This document shows positions 54,577-64,000 of a stretch of 64,000 bases of DNA, piece after piece. A program made the position numbers and the translations under genes. Origin of the DNA: Eledone cirrhosa (taxonomy: Eukaryota); NCBI GenBank assembly GCA_964016885.1, contig OZ024743.1, positions 38,130,001 through 38,194,000 on the forward strand, given 5' to 3'. Numbering within the stretch: position 1 is the stretch's first letter; each line of letters starts with the position of its first letter. Under the pieces are notes generated by a model that was not told where the DNA came from, did not search any database, and saw only the letters and a list, made by a program, of their open reading frames with translations.

Positions 54577-54769
54577 TATATATATATAAGGGATAACAAA
54601 ACATCGTTATATGTAATCCAGTTAGAGGTTGTGAATGCTTCTTTTTATGGATAATTTTAGCGTACGGCTTTGTTTGACTCAACAAGAGGTTTACGTAGAT
54701 GGCGAGTTTATGAATTAACTTGTATTCCTACGTAAGTTTATCTTGGAGTAATAAAATTCAAAAAGTGAA

Positions 54770-55234
<465 letters not shown>

Positions 55235-55723
55235 TTGTTTATTTGTGTGAATATATATAAGACGAAAAAACGGTTCAGTACTATACGAACACGCCAGACA
55301 ACAATATGACGGTAACATAGACAAGATAGAAATTAAAATAATATCTACACATAGAAATGACCCACCAGATAGGCAAATCAGAGAGGCAAGTGAAATAGAA
55401 CTTAGAAGACCAGAGCTAAACAGAAAAAATGAATGGAATAACAACAACACCCAAACAAACAATACAGACTTAAGAGAAATATTAATAAATAGATAAATAT
55501 ATAGATAAATATATACACAATCACAATGACAACAAAACATATATAAACACACACTAGTAAACTAAGATAGAATACAATAACCAAAACGCAGTCACCCAAA
55601 CGCGAAAACACACGCAAACGCATGCGCAGAATACAAAAGAATACAAAAATAAATAAATAAATAAATTAACAGATAAAATAAAGATGGCGTAGATATACAA
55701 TACAACAGGAGGAACATAATAGC

Positions 55724-55794
55724 ACCACTGACGATGTTGAGGATGTGCAACGAAAGAACTTTGTTAGACTATATATATGTGGTCAGTCAATGGT
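55724..55794 (+). ncRNA. Degenerate hammerhead motif
   Basis: acca-CUGACGA-u-guug/caac-GAAA-...-uggu. The cleavage triplet is not canonical. Confidence 0.45.
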
Positions 55795-55893
55795 AAACAT
55801 TGAGGACCGAATGAATTAACTGTGGAGATATAAAAGATACAGAAGCGAAAACCAACCAAACAGCGCGTGGGTTCTGTTATTATTTCTGGCAAT

Positions 55894-56077
55894 GGTGGAT
55901 TGGCAGTATCTGTAGAGGGTCCGACGCCATGCTTTCCAGCATAATTACGTCCTTTAACGGTCTGAGTTCAAATCCCGCCGAGGCTAACATTGCCTTTCAT
56001 CCTTACGGGGTCGATAAAATAAAGTACCAGTAATGTACTGGGTAATTGATGGCCTTGTGCCAGAAGTGGAAACAATT
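55894..56077 (+). mobile_element. tRNA-derived SINE
   Basis: Same family as 38972-39157. Confidence 0.85.
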
Positions 56078-56173
56078 ATTACAACAATATGACCCTCCCC
56101 AATTATAACAATATTTGTTTCGACACTCGATTTCATATCAAAAACCTCGTAAAACAAATTAATCGCCGTCATA

Positions 56174-56278
<105 letters not shown>

Positions 56279-56957
56279 ATAAGGTTTCTTGGATGCGTCC
56301 ATAGGCGGTGGTGGTTGAGAACTCTATGCTTGTTCGGAGCAGAGTATGATAATATGGAAAACGAAGAATTAGTGATGCATCGAAACACAATTTATTACGT
56401 ATTACCCTTGTTTCTCCGGCGAACAGCTCGAGGTGCGATCTGTTTGTGGATCGAACCCGACTTGGATACATCTAGTGATTTCGAAGCAAATTCTCTTTCT
56501 GATGGACTGCGACCCTTCGAATTTCCATCATCTGCGATCACCCTGTTTGGGGGGGTACTTTGATTGTTTGATTGTTCGTGACGTCATCTTTGTGCTTGAC
56601 TTTGAAATCTGCCCACCGACCATTTCCATTCAGGCGTAAGCTATCTCTCACCGGGGTGGTTCTTCGTTTTCCATATTATATTATATATATATATATATAT
56701 ATATATCTTTAGGTTTGATGGTTCGCCACTGGATAGAATTGGTCATTCCGTATGGTCAATCTTGGTGTAATATTGCGGAGAGTACTCAACTTAGTGCAGT
56801 TCACCCGTCTTCGTTTGTGTAGTTGGTGGTGCGTATATAAATATATATAAATATATATATATCTATATAGTAATAATAATAAATTTGAAAACAAGTATCC
56901 AAAGAAGGCTCGATAAGGATAATTATATAACGAATATATAAGAACCGTAGAGCAAAT

Positions 56958-57110
56958 ATTTATTAAAATAACAGATTAAAGTTTAAGCAAAGAATCGCTT
57001 CTTACACCCTTAACGGGATCTTCTGAAACTAACTGGTTAGTTTCAGAAGATCCCGTTAAGGGTGAAAGCAGCGATTCTATTCTTATACTTTAATCTGTTA
57101 TTTTAATAAA
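56958..57110. repeat. Fold-back palindrome of a small element family (also 54360-54448 and 46700-46812)
   Basis: Arms centred near 57034. Contains CAGAAGA-u-ccc/ggg-u-GAAA, an HHR-like core. Confidence 0.6.
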
Positions 57111-58391
57111 TAAATATATATATATATATAAGAATTAAAATACTAGAGTGTGTTGGAGTTAAACACCCTCTTCGTATTATAGAAATGACAGTAAAAGTAT
57201 AGCTCAATGTAATTAAACAGAGCCGAAGAATTATGAAAATAAACCAAAGAAGCCTTCAATACATCAAAAGTCTGTATTAGCCAACAATGTTTCGTCCTAT
57301 TAATGACTCATCAGGGCAATTAAAGCTATAAGAAGCACTATCGGCCAATACAAACCAAAAACTCAGAAGAATATGGAGTGTACATACATTAAAGCATAGG
57401 AAAATATCAAGTAAAAATTGCTAAGGAAGTGAATAACATTTTGAACCATATTACAAATATAGTCCAATGCAAAAACTAAAGCTAAACAAAGGTGGTGATA
57501 AAGAGCGGGAATTATTGTACTATATATAATATAATATAATATAATATAATATAATATAATTGATAATAATAATAATAATATTAAAAGGCCCAATATACAT
57601 ATATATATATATACATATGTACACATATATACATATATATCAATACACATTTCCATCAATACAAGCACAAACTAAACCTTATTAAGAGTTTAAATATAAA
57701 TAAGAATAATAAGAATAATAAGAATAATAAGAATAATAAGAATAAAAATAAAAATAAAAATAAAGATAAAAATAAAAATAAAAATATAATACATATATTA
57801 TTTACAGTATAAAATGAAGAATACATGATTAAAAGTAAACATATAATATATAATAAACTAAATAATTATATAATAGATAATCTCCGGTTAATTTTTCACA
57901 AACAATATAAATGTTACAATAACACTATAATAACAATATTATAATATAATGGCATATAACTTAACAAATCATATAGAGTTACAGACCGGGTGAGAAAAAA
58001 TATTGTACAGAACTAAATTATGTTGGAAAAATTATGTTGGAAAAATATCAAAACCATTGCAAGAAAACAGATTGAGGTCCAATTTCTATACAATTGGTGT
58101 AAATAAATAAATATTATCCAAACATTACAAAAATTATAAAAATATAAACATATTACAGAATTTACAAAATTTAACATAACATAATGGTACATTTAATAAT
58201 CGGTAAATAATAAAGATCAGTAGTACGTTTACAAAGAGTGGAATGATATAAAACTTCAATATAAAATATTGAACATAGTATAATATACATAATTACGTGG
58301 TTGGTGGACAGACATTTGTGAATAAGTGAATGAGAACCAGACAGAAAACTTGTTACTGCTCCTGACTGGTTGAGCTTCCTCCTATATACTG

Positions 58392-61061
58392 GTGTTTTGG
58401 CCTTTATATATATCTGACAGTATGCTAACAAAGAGTTACCTGCCTTTATCTCTGAAGAATATTTCCATCCCCTCTAGAAATACTTATGAAAAACTCTTAA
58501 TTGCTAGTGTTAACTCCTTCGTAAAAAGGATTAGATGGCGTACTTTCCACTATGATATTAATAGGAATAGGACTGACCCCAAGCATAGAACTCATTTCAA
58601 TAATTTTGGCTTCAAAACTTATAAGAGCCCACCACATAATGTTCTATTAGATATTTTTGAAAATAACTTACTTTCCCTTGTCAAAAATATTAAGTATAGA
58701 CCATATAATAGACATGGACATTATAATAAGTTTGACAGGTTCCAGTCTAGACTTAAAAATATTGTTAAGGGTTTTAGAGCGAATAAGTCTATTCTTGTCC
58801 CGGCTGATAAGACTAAGAATCTATACTCTATGGATTACAGTGCTTACCGTGATTTTATTTATAAGGAGTTGCATAGAATTATAAAAAGACTACGCAGGAT
58901 AATTTGAACCATATAAATAGTGAAGGTTTTAAGATAGTCTCGGACTTTGGCCTCGATAAGTATACCCAGCCATATTACCCTAGGGAAACGAGATTCACTC
59001 TTAAGGATCATAAGGTAGACTTCATTAGTAATCCCTCTGTTAGACTCATCTGTCCTTCCAAGTCTGATATACACATAATTAGTAAGAAAATCCTTGACCT
59101 TATTATACCAGATGTTAGGGCGAAGGTTAATTTTAACCTATGGGGGAACACTAAGGAGGTTATAGATTGGTTCTCTGGTATTGATAAACTTGAATCTAGT
59201 AGGTTTATCCAGTTCGATATTGATGCCTATTACACATCGATTTCACCCATCCTCCTTAACAAAGCCTTAATGTTGGCCATGAGAGTGTCCAGCCTTACAC
59301 GATCACAGGCAGATATTATACTAGCAGCCCGTAGAACTATCATTAATTTTGAGAATACATTTTGGACCCGTAAAAACACGCCCAACAATTTCGACGTTAC
59401 AATGGGTTCGAGTGATTCGGCCCAGGTAACTGATCTTGTTGGGCTGTTCCTCCTAAATGAACTATATGTTACCTTTCCGCACCTTAAAGGCGGACTTTAT
59501 CGTGACGATGCATTGTTTGTGATTAACTCTAGCACCAACAACGTCGAGCATAATAAGAAGAAGCTTTATAAGTTTTTTTAAAAGCTATAACCTTTCGATC
59601 ACGATATATAGAAACGATAGAGCAGTCAAATTTTTAGATGTGACTTTGGACTTGGTCACTAATAGATTTAAACCCTTCCATAAGCCAAATGAAATACTCT
59701 CTTATGTTAGTCCCAATTCTAACCACCCCAAATCTATGATAAGCTCTATAATTAATGGTGTATCTAATAGGATTTCCACACTCTATAAGGACGTAGGAAC
59801 ATTTAATGCACATGCAGAGTATTATAATAATGCCCTAGCTAATTCCGGTTACTCTGGTAAAATAAATTATAATAATAGTAACCTTAGAAAATCTCCGCTT
59901 ACTTATAATAATAATAACATAATATCCCATAATATGGCCATGAATGGGAGTAGAAAGCATAAGAATCGTAGAAATCACATAGGTGTATCTGAACCCATCC
60001 ATAAGTTAAGCCACCGGACTCGTAATAGGGAATCTAATACTTCTAGAAATCAAGTCAAGCCCTCTGAGCGCTCACTTAGTGGTAATGCTTTTGCTAAATC
60101 TAATTCTAATAGTGTTGTTTCTACTGATCCTATTATTAGCCCTAATCCTTTTGATATGTTTCCAGATAGCAGCAGATATACTAATGGTAGACACAGAAAG
60201 AGACTTAATGGAGTTTCGGTTGATTCTAATAATGTGTTTTTAACTAGTCCTTGTAGTAACCCAAATCTTAATAAGGGGATATTAGATAACGGTAGAGTTG
60301 GTAAGGATAAAAATAGAAGGAGACTAAATACTTATTTTAACCCGCCATATAATCAGGAAGTATTAACTAACATCCCTAGGTCTTTCTTTTCTATCTTAGA
60401 GAAAAATTTCCCTCCTAGAAATAAATACCATAGTATTTTTAATAAAAATGTAATTCTCTACCACCCCTAATATTAGTTCTCATTTAGCTAGCACTAACAA
60501 TGGGAAAATTAGGGATGGATACTCCTCTCTACGTACTACTAGTCTGAATAGATCCATAAATACCTTACCACCTGAGCAGACCTTATTTCATAGTAACCCT
60601 ACGCGTGAGCATCACTACTTCAGCCGATCAATAGCACCCGGAAGTGTAACTGTAGAGTGAGTGCTAACTGCCCTTTGAATGGTAACTGCCTCTCTAAGAA
60701 CATCGTTTATGCTTGTGTAGTTAAAACCAATTCCTCTAATAGCACATATATAGGTTCTACATCTAACACTTTTAAGACTAGGTTTAATTCTCATATCTCT
60801 AATTTTAAACGTGTTAAGTTTAAGAATTCTACTTCCTTAGCACACCATATCTGGGATCTTAAGGGGGCTAATATACCATATAGCCTTAATTGGCGAAGAG
60901 TAGCACGCTCTAATAACCTTTCAACACATACTAAATTGTGTAATCTCTGTATCCTTGAGACCCACTCTATAATTTGCTCTAGGGAAACCTTACTTAATAG
61001 AAAGTCTGAGATATTCTCTTCTTGCCTCCCACGCCATTTCAAATTCTTACTTTTATTATAA
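58392..61061 (+). pseudogene. Penelope (Naiad-like) RT + GIY-YIG ORF, frameshifted
   Basis: SLKNISIPS, KRIRWR, ADKT, TLKDHK..F..NP.VRLI, FIQFDI..YYTSI, FDVTMGS.D.A, GLYRDD, SNHP, FNPPY, CPLNGNCL, IVY..TYIGST..FK.R, CNLC..E. Confidence 0.92.
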
Positions 61062-62870
61062 ACCTAAAGGTTCTAGTAGTGTAAATTGTATCCATTAGCT
61101 GCTATATTCCCTTATCTTTTTAGTTTAGGTTCATTTTGTTTACCACCATCATTATCATCATTATTATTATTGGTTTTTAACAGCTTTTCATTCTAGCTTT
61201 CATAGTCTTTTGGCTACCATACCATATCTATCTTCTTAAATATTATATTTTCACTATTAACACCTTATGAGTTTATATCTGATTATATATTTTATTTTAT
61301 ATTATTTTATTTTATTTTATATTATTTTATTTTACTTTATTTGGATTCTTCTTTGGATAACTAACCCCCTCCCCCCTCCACACACACACACTTGTCATTC
61401 GCCCCTTCAAATATACTATAATTATATTCAATTCCCTTTTATGCTCCTTTCTATTGTATAATACAGTATATTGATTATGATTTTTTGCACCTTCGTATCC
61501 TCCATACATTTCTTTTTTCTGTCCCCATTGGCCTACCATAATTCTATTTAAAGTCCGTTTATTAGATAACGTTATTCAACTGATAGTAGAATATTTCATT
61601 CTTTTCCAGATATTTTTATAGTGATATCTTAAAATTTGGAGATTTTGATTACTTAAACCATAGCTAATTTTGTATTGACTTATTATGTATTTTAAATACT
61701 TTCAATATTAATTAATTTAATAGGGTTTTCTAGACATTTATCTGGGTTTGTTTCCTAAATTTTTTACTTAACTGCATGTGACACCTAAGTAAATACTTTT
61801 GTTTTTGTTTTTCGATTTCCGGTTGATTTTATTTATATATTTATACTACCGTGCGTAGTTTTCTGTCTGGTTCTCATTCACTTATTCACAAATGTCTGTC
61901 CAACAACCACGTAATTATGTATATTATACTATGTTCAATATTTTATATTGAAGTTTTATATCATTCCACTCTTTGTAAACGTACTACTGATCTTTATTAT
62001 TTACCGATTATTAAATGTACCATTATGTTATGTTAAATTTTGTAAATTCTGTAATATGTTTATATTTTTATAATTTTTGTAATGTTTGGATAATATTTAT
62101 TTATTTACACCAATTGTATAGAAATTGGACCTCCATCTGTTTTCTTGCAATGGTTTTGATATTTTTCCAACATAATTTTTCCAACATATTATTTCTCACA
62201 ATGTTTTTTCTCACCCGGTCTGTAACTCTATATGATTTGTTAAGTTATATGCCATTATATTATAATATTGTTATTATAGTGTTATTGTAACATTTATATT
62301 GTTTGTGCAAATTAACCGGAGATTATCTATTATGTAATTATATAGTTTATTATATATTATATGTTTACTTTTAATCATTTATTCTTCATTTTATACTGTA
62401 AATAATATATGTATTATATTTTTATTTTTATTTTTATCTTTATTTTTATTTTTATTTTTATTCTTATTATTCTTATTATTCTTATTTATATTTAAACTCT
62501 TAATAAGGGTTAGTCTGTGCTTCTATTGATGGAAATGTGTATTGATATATATGTATATATGTGTACATATGTATATATATATATGTATATTGGGCCTTTT
62601 AATATTATTATTATTATTATCAATTATATTATATTATATTATATTATATTATATTATATTATATATAGTACAATAATTCCCGCTCTTTATCACCACCTTT
62701 GTTTAGCTTTAGTTTTGGCATTGGACTATATTTGTAATATGGTTCAAAATGTTATTCACTTCCTTAGCAATTTTTACTTGATATTTTCCTATGCTTTAAT
62801 GTATGTACACTCAATATTCTTCTGAGTTTTTGGGTTGTATTGGCCGATAGTGCTTCTTATAGCGTTAATT

Positions 62871-62908
62871 GCCCTGATGAGTCCTTAATAGGACGAAACA
62901 TTGTTGGC
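62871..62908 (+). ncRNA. Minimal hammerhead in the pLTR (mirror copy 57280-57317 -)
   Basis: gcc-CUGAUGA-guccu(uaau)aggac-GAAA-cauug-UU-ggc. Confidence 0.8.
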
Positions 62909-62953
62909 TAATAAATACTTTTGATGTATTGAAGGCTTCTTTGGTTTATTTTC

Positions 62954-63026
<73 letters not shown>

Positions 63027-63166
63027 GTGTATATATATATATATATATATATAGCGGAGGAATTGTGGTGAGGAACCAGATGGCTATTTCTGTCCAGATG
63101 TAGCCGTCGAAAGGGCTTGAGCTCTGCCGTCGGGGTCATACTTTTTCCTATATATATATATAAAAA

Positions 63167-63990
63167 CAGGGTGGCCCAAAAGTCACATATAGGTTTTACC
63201 TTTTGTTAACCTTTTGAATTGTACAGATTAATGAATGACATTTTGATACAACTTAAGGGACATAATGTAAATTATTTTGCACTCGTCATTCCTTGTCAAA
63301 CCTGTACATTACTTACAAAGGCAATTTGCGGCTTCGCACAACCGTGCTCTTTCCATAACCTTCTCCATAACATCTGCAATGGTTTCAGGTACCACTTCCC
63401 TGATGTCTCTATTGATATTCTCCTTCAGTTGGTCCAGGGTCTCAAGTTTGTTGACATAAACCCTCTCCTTCAGGAACCCCACAAGGAGAATTTCGGTCAT
63501 TTCTCACCAATTTCTGTTGATAGTCTTGGGGCTTCAGTTGTTGAACCAGTTGCACTTGGTATGAATAAAAAAGGTCGAGGATTCTGAGAACCATTGGCAG
63601 CGAATTTCCTGATATTCCGAGCTGTCTTGATAGCCTTCCATTCGATGTGCCTGGATTTTCCTCGAGAGTCTTTCGAGCCTGTTCCCTTGTCTCATCAGCT
63701 ACGACAGTGCAAGGCCTCCCATATCGTGGCCAATCACTTTCTTCGAAAGATTTAACCAATTTCCTATTGGCACTGTCACTAGGAGCAAGTCTCATTTGAT
63801 AGTGTCACCGATATGCTCTCTTTGTCTGAATTATCGACCCCTGAACATGAGTGCGTTGCTTGGTGCCGTATTTTTCCATAATTAATTTCCCAGGCCTAGG
63901 GCATATAATTCCTGAAAGGAAAGGGAGCATATTATAAAATAAAAAAAAATTATAAACAGATGCAACCCCTGTGTGACTTAAGCCACCCTG
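63167..63990 (-). mobile_element. Internally deleted Tc1/mariner DNA transposon
   Basis: TIRs cagggtggc..aagtcaca at both ends. HTH remnant GRP...S.GRLSRQLGIS and C-terminal GFLKERVY...LDQLK. The catalytic core is missing. Confidence 0.85.
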
Positions 63991-64000
63991 TATATATATA

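Larger units (their letters stand above)
57131..62958 (+). mobile_element. Near-full-length Naiad-like PLE flanked by ~1.1-kb inverted pLTR copies
   Basis: 57230-58349 is the reverse complement of 61858-62958. Internal RT/GIY-YIG coding region. (TA)n flanks. Confidence 0.92.

Noticed and set aside
57230-62958. Large DNA transposon or Polinton with 1.1-kb TIRs
   Set aside because: The internal ORF is a Penelope RT/GIY-YIG, the arms carry the pLTR HHR, and the arms are unequal at their outer ends.

Overview
AT-rich, microsatellite-saturated animal genomic DNA. The tRNA-derived SINEs and (TA)n density suggest a cephalopod such as Octopus; this is an inference. I find no intact host gene, only one weak two-exon pseudogene candidate at about 38.4-40.3 kb. 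The window is mostly mobile DNA: four Penelope-like retroelements (PLEs; one Neptune-type, three Naiad-like), two CR1/L2-group LINE copies, two decayed RTE-type LINEs, SINEs and Tc1/mariner derivatives. The main signal is non-coding. About a dozen unrelated sequence families sit between (TA)n tracts, and most carry a type I hammerhead ribozyme (HHR) core (CUGANGA...GAAA...UH), usually with a palindromic stem III. Many have a PLE-style layout of an inverted partial copy plus tandem copies. The clearest case is a near-identical 485-bp x4.6 HHR tandem array with a 296-bp inverted head (20824-23336). It looks like a retrozyme/circular-RNA-type non-autonomous element that may use the neighbouring PLE machinery. 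All ribozyme calls come from manual base-pairing, not from a covariance-model search or an assay.
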